Shown here piece after piece: positions 28,331 to 37,604 of a stretch of DNA of 64,000 bases (position 1 is the stretch's first letter; each line of letters starts with the position of its first letter). This stretch comes from Candidatus Eiseniibacteriota bacterium (GTDB lineage Bacteria > Eisenbacteria > RBG-16-71-46): NCBI GenBank assembly GCA_963707915.1, contig OY970178.1, positions 2,176,001 to 2,240,000 of the forward strand. The letters are read 5' to 3'. Under the pieces are notes generated by a model. It was not told where the DNA came from. It saw only the letters and a program-made list of their open reading frames with translations, and did no database searches. Position numbers and translations under genes: made by a program.

Positions 28331-29806
28331 TCACTCCCTCCGCGCCGGACGCAGCGCCTCGAGGAAGGACGCCTCCATCCAGTAGATGTCGCTGTTTCCG
28401 TTGCCGGCCCGGCTCTGGGCGTCCCGCAGGGCCCGGAGGGTCAGGGGCTTCTCCGGCGCGGGCGCGGCCTCGCGCGACCGGGTGGAGCCGAAGAAGAGGT
28501 ACTTCCCATCCGGCGACGCGTACGCGGACCCCGCATTGCCGCCGACCGGGCTCACGTCCTTCCCCAGGCACACGCCCTCGCTCCAGCGATCCTGCGGATC
28601 ACGGAAGAAGACGAAGTACTGCGGCCGTCCCGGCTCGGCGCCGTCGGTGCGTCCGTCCACGCAGGCGATCAGGTAGCTCTCGTCGGGCGCGACGAAGGCG
28701 TTGTAGGGCGTGCCCCGGCCGTTCACGGCCGCCGGCAGCGTGTCGGGGGGCTGGTAGCGGCCGCCCACCAGGCGCGATCGCACGATCCTCAGCCGGCCGC
28801 TGCGCGGCGGCCCGCACGTGTAGTAGAGCGTGCCGTCGCGCGTGAGCGACGGGAAGAACTCGCTGCCGGTGGTGTTGATCGGCGCGCCGAGGTCGTAGGG
28901 TTCGCTCCAGGTGCCGTCCGCCCGGCGGTCGGCGGCGAAGATGTTCTGGTTGGCCCAGCCCGGCCGGGTCTCCTCCCCCGCCGTGGGCCGCGTGGTCAGG
29001 AAGAGCATCCGCTTCCCGTCCGCCGACAGGCACGGCTCGAAGTGGAAGTAGCGCAGGTCCGCGGCGAAGGGCGCCACGACCGGCTCAGTCCAGCGGCCCC
29101 CCTCGAGCCGCGTGACCATGATGGTGTTGACCGGCCCCGTCATGACGCCGAAGTAGATCTCGCGGCCGTCGGGCGCGATCGCGACGTCACGCTCGCTCAT
29201 CCCGGTGCAGACCCGTCCGGGAGCGAACAACTCCGGCGCCGCGCCCGGCGGCGCCTGGCCCAGGTACGGGCCCGAGAGCGCGGAGAAGCGCCCGCCGCCG
29301 CGGGCCTTCGCTTCCACCTCGTCGGAGGCCAGCGAGAAGTGCATCTGCGCGATGAGCCACTTCCCGCCGCGCTTCTCGAGCACGCCGGTCCAGCGCGCGT
29401 CGTCCCAGCCGGTCTTGCGGCCGTCCCACTCGCCGTGGTCGTCCAGCCGGCAGGTGTACCAGGCCACGTCGCCGGACTTCGAGAGGTGGATCCGCAGGTC
29501 CTCGAAGCGCGATCCCGCGGCCTTGAACTTCGGGTTCATGAACACGTCTTCGGTGAGCTTCCGGAACGCCTCGAACCCGTCGATCGTGCCCTTCGAGGAA
29601 GGGTCGAAGATGAAGAAGGTCGAGTCCTGCACGAAGCAGTCGTAGAGCGCCGCCTGGTCCTTGGTGAGCGCCCACTCGATCGAGGTGCGGACCACCTTCG
29701 CGATCCTCGCCTTCTCGGCGTCGTCCCGCCCCGCGCCGCGGGCGGCCGGGACGATCGCCAGGCACACCAGGCAGGCGGACAGCGCTCCACGGTTCCTCGC
29801 GTTCAC
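28331..29806 (-). CDS. Secreted SnoaL/NTF2-like domain plus PD40 (WD40-like) propeller protein
   Basis: GTG start with GGAGG RBS and signal peptide; NTF2 (SGDVAWY...RWTGVLEKRGGKWLIAQMHFS) followed by YLGQAPPG...FAPG and SPDG-type repeats. Confidence 0.8.
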   Translation of the reverse strand: MNARNRGALSACLVCLAIVPAARGAGRDDAEKARIAKVVRTSIEWALTKDQAALYDCFVQDSTFFIFDPSSKGTIDGFEAFRKLTEDVFMNPKFKAAGSRFEDLRIHLSKSGDVAWYTCRLDDHGEWDGRKTGWDDARWTGVLEKRGGKWLIAQMHFSLASDEVEAKARGGGRFSALSGPYLGQAPPGAAPELFAPGRVCTGMSERDVAIAPDGREIYFGVMTGPVNTIMVTRLEGGRWTEPVVAPFAADLRYFHFEPCLSADGKRMLFLTTRPTAGEETRPGWANQNIFAADRRADGTWSEPYDLGAPINTTGSEFFPSLTRDGTLYYTCGPPRSGRLRIVRSRLVGGRYQPPDTLPAAVNGRGTPYNAFVAPDESYLIACVDGRTDGAEPGRPQYFVFFRDPQDRWSEGVCLGKDVSPVGGNAGSAYASPDGKYLFFGSTRSREAAPAPEKPLTLRALRDAQSRAGNGNSDIYWMEASFLEALRPARRE

Positions 29807-30018
29807 GAGCCCCTCCTCCGGTGGATGGCGGCGGTGCGTTCCGGCCGGGCCGCGGCGGGCGGCGGTGCGGACCGGCAGCGAGCGTACCGGCGCCGCGCCG
29901 GCCCCGGTGGGCGCGGTCGAACCTGCGCGGGAAACCGCGCCCCGGACGCGGGCCGGCGAGCACTCCAGCGCGGAGGTCCCCGCACCGCGCCTCGGCCCGG
30001 GAACGGGCCCGGACCCTT

Positions 30019-31854
30019 CTACCGGCCCAGCAGCTCCAGGATGCCGGTGGTCATCCACGGCATGTAGGTGATCAACAGCACGCCGATGCCGAGGATGAGC
30101 AGGAAGGGCAGGACGTGCCGGTAGAGCTCGGGCAGGGGCTTGTCGAATCGCGACGACGACAGGAAGAGGTTGAGTCCGACCGGGGGGAACAGGAACCCCA
30201 GCTCGAGGTTCGCCAGGAACACGACGCCGAGGTGGATGGGGTTGATGCCGAACGCGGCCCCGATCGGGGCCACCAGCGGCGCCAGGATGATGATCGCCGA
30301 GTAGATCTCGAGCACGCTGCCCAGCACCAGCAGCACGACGTTGAGGACCAGCAGGAAGACGACCGGCGAGTGGATGTGGGTCCGCACGCCGTTCAACAGC
30401 GCCATCGGGATCTGCGCGTCCACCAGCCAGCTGGTGAGCCCCATCGCGCTCGCCAGCAGGATGAGCACGGCGCCGCACAGCACGCCGGCCTTGAGCAGCA
30501 CGCCCGGCAGGTCGCGCACCGGGTGGATGTCGCGCTTGATGAAGCATTCGACCACGATGGCGTAGGCGAAGGCCACCGCCGCGGCCTCGACCATGGTGGC
30601 CATCCCCGTGGCGAACAGCACCACCACGACCGCCGGCACCGACAACTCCCACACCGCGGCCCAGCCCGAGACCAGCGCCTCCTTGAGCGAGAACGACTGC
30701 CGCGGCGCGCCGACCTTGCCGCCGACGCGCATGCCGTAGAGCGCGACGATCAGCACCAGCAGCGTGCCGGGCAGCAGCCCCGCGAGGTACAGCGAGTCGG
30801 CGGGCACGCTGGCCACGACCGCGTAGAGGATGACCGGCAGGCTGGGCGGGAACAGCAGGCCGAGGCTGCCCGAGGCGGTCACCAGCCCGAGCGAGAACCC
30901 CTCGGGATACTTCTCCTCGCGCAGGATCGGGTAGAGCAGCCCGCCCAGCGCCATGATGGTGATGCCCGAGCCGCCGGTGAAGGTGGTGAACAACGCGCAC
31001 ACCGCGGCCACCAGCACCGCCACGCCGCCCGGCATCCAGCCGAACAGCGCGCGGAAGAAGCGCACCAGGCGCAGCGAAGCGTGCGACTCGGCCAGCACGT
31101 AGCCGCAGGCGGTCAGCAGCGGGATGGCCGGCAGGGTCGGCGAGAGCATCAGCCGGTAGACCTCCGCCGTCACCGACGCGACCGGCACCGCGTCCTTGAA
31201 GAACAGCAGCAGCGCGATGCCGCCCATGGCGACGAAGACCGGCGCGCCGACCAGCGCGGCCAGCACGATCACCGCCAGCACCGGCACCCAGATCGCGTGC
31301 CCGAGCGCGGGGACGGCGCCGAGCCCGAAGGCGGAGGCCATGGCGGCGAACGCCAGCGCCCGGCCCTTCCAGCCGTCCGAAGCGCCCCAGGCCAGCCGCA
31401 CCGCGATGAGCGCGAGCGCGACCGGCATGACGCACTCGCTGATCCAGACCGGCAGCCCGATCGCCAGCACCTCGCCCTGCGCGCGGTCGGCGAGCACCAC
31501 GCCCCAGGCCGAGTACGCCAGCACGCCGCAGACCGCGGCCGCGACCGCGGAGGAGAACAGGCGCGCGACGTCCCGCGCCTTCGCGTGCCCGAGCGCCTCG
31601 GCGGTCGAGAGGGTGAGGTGCCGGCGCTCGCGCGTCGCCAGCAGGCCGCCGAGGAAGGCGAGCCAGAGCGTCAACTGCGCGCGGTAGGTGGCCGAGCCCG
31701 GGACCGAGAAGCCGCCCAGCGGGCGGCCCACGGCGTCGATGAGCGGCAGCGCCATCGAGAGCAGGAAGGCGACCACCAGCACCCCGCCCTCGAGGCTCCC
31801 CAGGGCCGCGAGCACGCGCCCCGGCCGCGGCTGCGGCGGCGAAGCTTCAGGCAT
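30019..31854 (-). CDS. dctM: TRAP transporter fused small+large permease (DctQM/TatQM)
   Basis: DctQ-like N-terminus, then LPAIPLLT, TTFTGGSG, GSLGLLFPPSLPVILY, LELGFLFPPVGLNLF. Confidence 0.9.
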   Translation of the reverse strand: MPEASPPQPRPGRVLAALGSLEGGVLVVAFLLSMALPLIDAVGRPLGGFSVPGSATYRAQLTLWLAFLGGLLATRERRHLTLSTAEALGHAKARDVARLFSSAVAAAVCGVLAYSAWGVVLADRAQGEVLAIGLPVWISECVMPVALALIAVRLAWGASDGWKGRALAFAAMASAFGLGAVPALGHAIWVPVLAVIVLAALVGAPVFVAMGGIALLLFFKDAVPVASVTAEVYRLMLSPTLPAIPLLTACGYVLAESHASLRLVRFFRALFGWMPGGVAVLVAAVCALFTTFTGGSGITIMALGGLLYPILREEKYPEGFSLGLVTASGSLGLLFPPSLPVILYAVVASVPADSLYLAGLLPGTLLVLIVALYGMRVGGKVGAPRQSFSLKEALVSGWAAVWELSVPAVVVVLFATGMATMVEAAAVAFAYAIVVECFIKRDIHPVRDLPGVLLKAGVLCGAVLILLASAMGLTSWLVDAQIPMALLNGVRTHIHSPVVFLLVLNVVLLVLGSVLEIYSAIIILAPLVAPIGAAFGINPIHLGVVFLANLELGFLFPPVGLNLFLSSSRFDKPLPELYRHVLPFLLILGIGVLLITYMPWMTTGILELLGR

Positions 31855-31860
31855 CTTGGC

Positions 31861-32922
31861 TCAGCGCGCGCCGCCGGTCTTCTGGCGGTAGGCGTCGCGC
31901 GCGCGGCGCGCCAGGTCGAGGATGTCGGGCGGCACGCGGATGCCCTTCATCCCGTTGGCGAACTCCTCCGCCGCCTGGCGGAACTGGGTGGCGCTCGCCC
32001 CGCTCACGACGTTCACCCGGAGCCCGCGCTTCTTCATCTCGGCCACGGCGGTGGTGTCCTGGCGCGGCACCTCGACCTCGAGCTTGTGCTCGAGCTGGCG
32101 GCAGGACGCCATGATCCGTGCGCGGTCGGCCTCCGAGATCTTCATCCACGCCTGCTTGGTCATGACCAGCCCGCCGACCAGGGGCGCCAGCCCCATGCCC
32201 ACCAGGTTGGGCGTCATCCGGTACCACTGCAGCGTGAGCCCGAGCAGCGGCGTGGTCGGGTAGGCGTCGATCATCCCGGTCTGCAGGGCGGTCATGATGT
32301 CGGTGGCCGCGAGCGGCACGGGCTGGAAGTGGAGGTCCCGCCAGAGCGCCACCATCTGGTCGTCGCCCGCCCAGACGAACATCTTGGTCTTGCGCAGCCC
32401 CTCCGCCGACTCGACCGGCTGCTTGGTGAAGAAGTACACCCAGCCGCCGTGCCCCCAGGCCAGCAGCACGAAGCCCTTGGCGTCGAGCCGCTGCTTCAGC
32501 ACCGGCGTCAGCTGGTCGAGCGTGGCGTAGAGCTCGGGGTAGGAGGTGAAGAACATCGGGATGTTGAAGACGTTGAACGCCGGGTCGATGTTGGCCAGCC
32601 CCGCGGTGGTGACCGCCGCGGCCTGCAACTGGCCGATGCGCATCTTGCGAACCAGGTCCGGCTCGTCACCCGCCACGCCGCCCGGGTAGACGCGCAGCAC
32701 GACCCGCCCCTGCGTTCCGGCGGTCCACTGGGCGCCCATGTCGCGCATCGACTTGTCCCAGACCGACCCCTCGGGCACCAGCGTGGCGAGCTTGACGACC
32801 TGCGGCTGCGCCACCGCGGGCGCGGGCGCCAGCGTGGCCACGGCCAGCGCGAGCGCGGCGGCGCACAGCGCGGCCGGGACGGCGGAACGGACGGAGGATC
32901 TCACCTGCGGGACATGTCCCAT
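31861..32922 (-). CDS. dctP: TRAP substrate-binding protein (DctP/TatP)
   Basis: Signal peptide; VKLATLVPEGSVW, YPGGVAGDEPDLVRKMRIGQLQ, ALQTGMID. Confidence 0.9.
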   Translation of the reverse strand: MGHVPQVRSSVRSAVPAALCAAALALAVATLAPAPAVAQPQVVKLATLVPEGSVWDKSMRDMGAQWTAGTQGRVVLRVYPGGVAGDEPDLVRKMRIGQLQAAAVTTAGLANIDPAFNVFNIPMFFTSYPELYATLDQLTPVLKQRLDAKGFVLLAWGHGGWVYFFTKQPVESAEGLRKTKMFVWAGDDQMVALWRDLHFQPVPLAATDIMTALQTGMIDAYPTTPLLGLTLQWYRMTPNLVGMGLAPLVGGLVMTKQAWMKISEADRARIMASCRQLEHKLEVEVPRQDTTAVAEMKKRGLRVNVVSGASATQFRQAAEEFANGMKGIRVPPDILDLARRARDAYRQKTGGAR

Positions 32923-33884
32923 CACTTCTCCTGGGTCGGCGTGGTGTCGGGGGGAGCGGAGTCGTCGACGAAGAGCTCGTCCTCGTGCGCGAGCAGGTCG
33001 CGCGCCTTGCGCTGCAGGACGATGGTGACCAGGCGCTGGGAGGGGTCGCGGTCCGGGTCGAACTCGAGCGAGCGATTCAGCAGGCGCTCGAACTCCTGCC
33101 GGTCCTGCCGGAGCACCGAGATGGTCGTGGCCAGCGTCACGTACGGCGAGGCCTTGGTGTCGTGCGAGAGCTCCACCGCCCGGGCGAAGTGCGCGCGCGC
33201 CCGCACCTCCGAGCCGCCCATCACCTCGGGCAGCGCGTCGAGCAGGATGAGCGCCTCGTGGATCGCGCCGCCCTCGTAGCCCTCGTCGAGCGCGAGCCCG
33301 CGCTCCATCAGGGCCCGGATCGCCGGCAGGTCGGCCAGCAGCTCCGGCCGGTCCTTGCCGAGCGAGATGGCCGAGCCCCACGAGGCCGCGGTCCAGTAGA
33401 GCATCGGCAGGTCGCGCTTCTGGATGCGCGCCGCGGCCTTCACCGGATCGAGCTGGAGCTCGGCGGAGATGCCCCGGCAGCGCTTCTCGAGTCCCCGCAG
33501 CCCGTAGCCACGGGCCCGCAGGTAGAGCTTGAGGGCGCGCTCGTGCAGGCGCGTGGCCCGGGCGTAGTCGCTGTTCACCAGCACGTCGCCTTCGGCCTGC
33601 ACGAACGCGTAGGAGTACTGCGTGAAGCCCTTGCACAGGGTGAGCAGCAGCCCTTCGTGGTCGGGCACCACCGCGAGCAGCGACTCCATGGTCTTCAGGC
33701 CGAACGGGAGCGCGTCGCGCACCAGCTCGGGGTCCTCGTCGGTGCCGTAGACGTCCACGCCGCTGGTGAGCGAGTTCGCCACGCTCTTGACCGCCCAGCG
33801 CTTGACCGAACACGAGGCGAGCGCCAGGGGCAGCGCGAGGAGCAGGAGGAACGCGAGGAACCGACGCGGTGCACGGAGGGACAT
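32922..33884 (-). CDS. TRAP transporter TatT component lipoprotein
   Basis: Lipobox LASC; DPELVRDALPFGLK, YSYAFV, MGGSEVRARAHF; first gene of the tatT-P-QM operon. Confidence 0.88.
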   Translation of the reverse strand: MSLRAPRRFLAFLLLLALPLALASCSVKRWAVKSVANSLTSGVDVYGTDEDPELVRDALPFGLKTMESLLAVVPDHEGLLLTLCKGFTQYSYAFVQAEGDVLVNSDYARATRLHERALKLYLRARGYGLRGLEKRCRGISAELQLDPVKAAARIQKRDLPMLYWTAASWGSAISLGKDRPELLADLPAIRALMERGLALDEGYEGGAIHEALILLDALPEVMGGSEVRARAHFARAVELSHDTKASPYVTLATTISVLRQDRQEFERLLNRSLEFDPDRDPSQRLVTIVLQRKARDLLAHEDELFVDDSAPPDTTPTQEK

Positions 33885-33890
33885 GCCCGC

Positions 33891-33920
33891 ACGCTAGCGC
33901 GGGGCCGGAGACGGGGTCAA
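33891..33920 (-). promoter_or_regulatory. Sigma70-type promoter directly before tatT (leaderless)
   Basis: TTGACC-N18-TAGCGT, 6 nt before ATG 33884; no SD sequence. Confidence 0.55.
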
Positions 33921-34093
33921 GCGCGGGGAGTCGAGCGCCAGGCAGGCGGTGCCCGGAGGAGACGGTGGGCGAGCGCATGGTGCCTCGGCTCGTCCACCGT
34001 CTCCTCCGGGCACCGCAGCCGCACGCACCCGGCGGACCCGGTGCGCGGAGCCCCGACCGGCGGCATCGTCGCCGCGCGGCAGGGCGAGTCCCA

Positions 34094-34519
34094 TCACCGC
34101 GGCAGCGTCCCCATCGCCAGGCGCGCCAGCCACAGCACGGCGAGCGCGGCGGCGTTCGCGGCGAGCACGCGCGGGATCCAGCGGTCGGGGCGCGTGCGCA
34201 GGCGGCCCGCGAGCCAGGCCGCCCACAGCGCCCACGCCCCCAGCAGTTGAAGCACCAGCGCCGCCGCCCACGGGTGTAGCGCCAGCGAATCCCTCCACGT
34301 GCCGCGCGCGAGCAGCGCCAGCGCGCGGGTGACGCCGCAGGTCGGGCACGCGATCCCGCCCCCGCGCCGCAAGGCACACAGCGGCCCGCCGGTGCCGGCG
34401 CTCGAAGCGGCGAGGGCCGCCCAGCCGAGCGCCAGCACCGCGCCCGCCACGAGCCACGACAGCCACGCGCCGCGCCGGCTCCCGACCAGCGCGAGCGCGT
34501 GATCCGGCGCGAGGCTCAC
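34094..34519 (-). CDS. DUF2752-domain membrane protein (in frame with the upstream ORF as sequenced)
   Basis: PLCALRRGGGIACPTCGVTRA...SLALHP motif; candidate GTG start at 34519. Confidence 0.7.
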   Translation of the reverse strand: MSLAPDHALALVGSRRGAWLSWLVAGAVLALGWAALAASSAGTGGPLCALRRGGGIACPTCGVTRALALLARGTWRDSLALHPWAAALVLQLLGAWALWAAWLAGRLRTRPDRWIPRVLAANAAALAVLWLARLAMGTLPR

Positions 34520-35509
34520 GCGGGTGTCCCCGGACCCGGCGTCGCCGGCGGCACCGGTGTCCCCGGCGGCAGCGGGCGACGGTCCCGGCGGCGCGGAGGC
34601 GAAGACCTGGAAGTCGGGGCCGAACTGCCCGAGGAACTCGGGCCCGAACGCCCGGAACGCCACGTGCAACGGCAGCAGGACCACCTGGCCGATGTACGGC
34701 GTCACGACCAGCAGGAAACCGACGCAGCAGGTCGCGAACCCCGCGGCCACCACCACCGCGCCGACCACGACGAAGAGCACCAGCACCAGCAGCGCGTAGA
34801 GCACGAACCGCCCTAGGTGCTCGCGCAGGAGCGGCAGGAAGCGCCGCCAGGCCTCGTTCGTCCGAAGTCCGTGCCGGTACATGAGCGGCACCACGAAGTC
34901 GTCGAGCAGCAGTCCCACGAACGCAGCCAGCAACGCCACGAAGCCCACCAGCGCGATGCCGCCGACGATCGGCGGCGCCATGGCCACGCGCTCGTGGAAG
35001 CCGAGCCAGCCGAGGAACGCGGTGCCGATGGTCGCGAAGATCAGCCCGAGGATCAGCACGCCCGACACGATCGCGAAGCCGAGCTTCCACAGGAAGAGCG
35101 AATTCCCGAGCGGCGCGGTGCGGTGCCAGGGCTCGACGATCGCGGCGCGCCCGAGGGCCACGCCCTCGAGGAAGACGAACTTGCCGCGCGAGCCCAGCCA
35201 CAGGAAGACGACGCCGACCGCGAGGGCCAGGACGATGATTCCCGCCAGCAGCGGTCCCCAGACCAGCGCCGGCAGAAGATCGTGCGGGTGGAACCCCGGG
35301 ATCGAGGGCGTGGGGAAGTGGCCGCCGGGGAAGTACCCGAGCCGCGACTTCCGCTCCCACCCCGAGTGCCCCCAACCGCCGGAGAACCAGTCCGAGAGGA
35401 AGGCGGCGAAGCCCAGCACGAGCCAGGTCTCGAACCGGAACGGCGTGAACAGGATGCTTCGGGCGCGCGCGATGGCGCTCTGCAATGGACCGAGGTAGGA
35501 GATGTTCAA
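34516..35509 (-). CDS. Conserved membrane protein of unknown function
   Basis: TTG start with GGAGG RBS; multiple TM segments (WLVLGFAAFL, SRGKFVFL, DFVVPLMY, PYIGQVVLLP); end inferred at a GTGA overlap. Confidence 0.7.
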
Positions 35510-35791
35510 TGGCGGCCTCCCGCGCCGCGCGGGCGCGCTGGGTGTCCCGGGATGCCGCGGGCGCTCCGGCGGGGAGCGGCGCGAGGGTGCGGAGGCCGGC
35601 GGCGTGGCTCACGGACCACAGTTCGTGCCAGTCCGTGGCAACACCATATCAAAGGAGCGCCTCCGGCACCCGCCCCAAGACGCCCGTCAGCGATTCGGTG
35701 TCAGGCAACGATGGTAGGCCCGACGCCGTGACGGTCAGCCGTAGATCCGGGCTGCAGAGACTCTTCGATGGCCGTGCGGCGCACCGCCGCG

Positions 35792-36883
35792 TCAGTGCAG
35801 CCGCTTCCGGCGGTTCCGCACGAAGTCGCGGAACACGTAGGCGCCGAGGTTCTGCGGGTCGGCCTCGTAGATGCGGCCATGGTTCAATTCCGTCAGGCGG
35901 CGCACGAAGTCGAGCAGCGGCGGGTCGGCCGCGAGCATGAAGGTCGTGATGGTGATGCGCTTGCGGCGGCAGTGCGCCGCCTCGTCGAGCGTGCGGTTCA
36001 CGATCTTGGGGTCGAGGCCAAAGGGGTTCTTGTAGAGCCCGCCCGGCTCGCGGATGGCCGAGGGTTTGCCGTCGGTGACCATGAAGATCTGCTTGTTCAC
36101 GCCCCGGCGGCCCTCGAGGATGCGCCGGGCCAGCGCGAGCCCGGCCTGCGTGTTGGTGTGGAACGGCCCGGCCTGGATCTTGAGCAGGTCGCGGATCGGC
36201 ACCTGCACGGCGTCGTCGCCGAACAGCACGACGTCGAGCGAGTCCTTGGGGTAGCGCGTCTCGATCAGGTGGGCCAGCGCCAGCGCGATCTTCTTCGCCG
36301 GCGTGATGCGGTCCTCGCCGTAGAGGATCATGCTGTGGCTCACGTCCACCATCAGCACGGTGGCGGCCGACGAGAGGTGCTCCTGCTCGTAGACCTCGAG
36401 GTCCTCCTCCTCGAGCCTCAGCTCGTCGATGCCGCGGTTGCGGACGGCGTTGCTCAGCGTGGCGAGCGGATCGAGGCTGCCGAGGTCGTCGCCGAACCGC
36501 CAGGGCCGGGTCTCCGAGAGGCGCTCGCCGCCGTGGCCGGCGACCGGCGTGCGGTGGTCCCCCGCCCCGCCGGCCTGCAGCGCCGAGAAGATCTCGTTGA
36601 GCGAATCCTGGCGGATGCGCTTCTCGCCCTGCGGCGTGACCTCGAAGCCCTCCTCCGTGCGCCGGGCCTCGCCCGACTCCTCGAGCAGCTTCTTGAAGTC
36701 GTCGAGCCCGAACTTCTCGTTGAAGAAGCCGTACTGCTCGCCGAAGTGCGCCATCCAGCGCAGCGCCTCGTCCACGTCACCGCCGGTCTGGAGCAGCAGG
36801 TTCCGGTAGATCTCCAGCATCTGCCGGATGAACTCGAGATCCCCGGGCCTCGGGCCCCGCCACTGCTTGTAGTCGAAGCGCAC
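35792..36883 (-). CDS. VWA-domain protein
   Basis: MIDAS motif DVSHSM, TNTQAGL, MVTDGKPS; partner of the upstream AAA+ ATPase. Confidence 0.9.
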   Translation of the reverse strand: MRFDYKQWRGPRPGDLEFIRQMLEIYRNLLLQTGGDVDEALRWMAHFGEQYGFFNEKFGLDDFKKLLEESGEARRTEEGFEVTPQGEKRIRQDSLNEIFSALQAGGAGDHRTPVAGHGGERLSETRPWRFGDDLGSLDPLATLSNAVRNRGIDELRLEEEDLEVYEQEHLSSAATVLMVDVSHSMILYGEDRITPAKKIALALAHLIETRYPKDSLDVVLFGDDAVQVPIRDLLKIQAGPFHTNTQAGLALARRILEGRRGVNKQIFMVTDGKPSAIREPGGLYKNPFGLDPKIVNRTLDEAAHCRRKRITITTFMLAADPPLLDFVRRLTELNHGRIYEADPQNLGAYVFRDFVRNRRKRLH

Positions 36884-36901
36884 CGCCGCCCCTCCCGCCG
36901 C

Positions 36902-37537
36902 CTAGCCGTCGCGGCGCGCGATGAGCACCGCGTAGCCGGGATTGCCGTCGCGGGGCTCGGAGCCTTCGGCCTCGATCGACAGCCCGGCTTCGGCGAACCA
37001 GCGGCGGTAGGTCGCCACGTCCGCCTGGCTGTAGTACATGCGCACGCCCGGCACGCCGCGCCAGTCCTTCTCGACCCCGGTCCACGGCTGCTTGCCGACC
37101 ATGGCGAGGAACCGCCCGCCGGGCGCGAGCCAGCCCGCCACGCGCGCGATCAGCGGGGACTGGTCGGCCAGGGGCAGGTTGAAGATGGAGTAGAACGCGA
37201 CCACCGCGTCGAAGGAGCCCGACGGGAACTCGACGGCGGTCATGTCGGCGCAGACGAAATCCGCCTCGGGCACCAGCCGGCAGGCGCGCGCGATCTGCAC
37301 GCCCGAGAGGTCCACGCCGGTCACGGCGAAGCGCTTCGCCAGCTCCCGCGCCACCGGCACGCCGTTGCCGCAGCCCAGGTCGAGCACGCGCGCTCCGTCG
37401 GCCAGCGCGGGCGTGAAGCGGCCGAGCCAGTAGCCGTAGCCCGTGCCCGCGAGGTCGAAGGTGTCGCCGCGGTAGGCGTGGGACGCCAGGTCGTAGCCCA
37501 CGCGCACCAGCTCGCGCGGGTCGCGGATGTGGTCCAT
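36902..37537 (-). CDS. Class I SAM-dependent methyltransferase
   Basis: VLDLGCGNG, GVDLS, FDAVVAFYS, LAPGG. Confidence 0.9.
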   Translation of the reverse strand: MDHIRDPRELVRVGYDLASHAYRGDTFDLAGTGYGYWLGRFTPALADGARVLDLGCGNGVPVARELAKRFAVTGVDLSGVQIARACRLVPEADFVCADMTAVEFPSGSFDAVVAFYSIFNLPLADQSPLIARVAGWLAPGGRFLAMVGKQPWTGVEKDWRGVPGVRMYYSQADVATYRRWFAEAGLSIEAEGSEPRDGNPGYAVLIARRDG

Positions 37538-37604
37538 CGGCCGTTCGGGGGTGCCCGCGCGGTGCGGGGGTCCGGGCCGGTCCGCCAGGTGTCTCGCCAC
37601 CGGC

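Noticed and set aside
29821..33279. Very long antisense or alternate-frame ORFs (also 58393-61719, 45050-46678, 1744-3669)
   Set aside because: Shadow ORFs expected in very GC-rich DNA; they are Arg/Ala/Gly/Pro-rich, lack motifs and overlap well-supported genes.
34094..35509. Membrane protein-DUF2752 fusion (471 aa)
   Set aside because: An alternative frame gives a Pro-rich tail (PLPPGTPVPPATPGPGTPA) ending at a GTGA overlap at 34516-34519. A single indel near 34575 probably joined two genes; a real fusion is not fully excluded.
35616..35632. Sigma54-like TGGCACG on the minus strand
   Set aside because: The -12 element reads GTGG rather than TTGC, so the required GC is missing.
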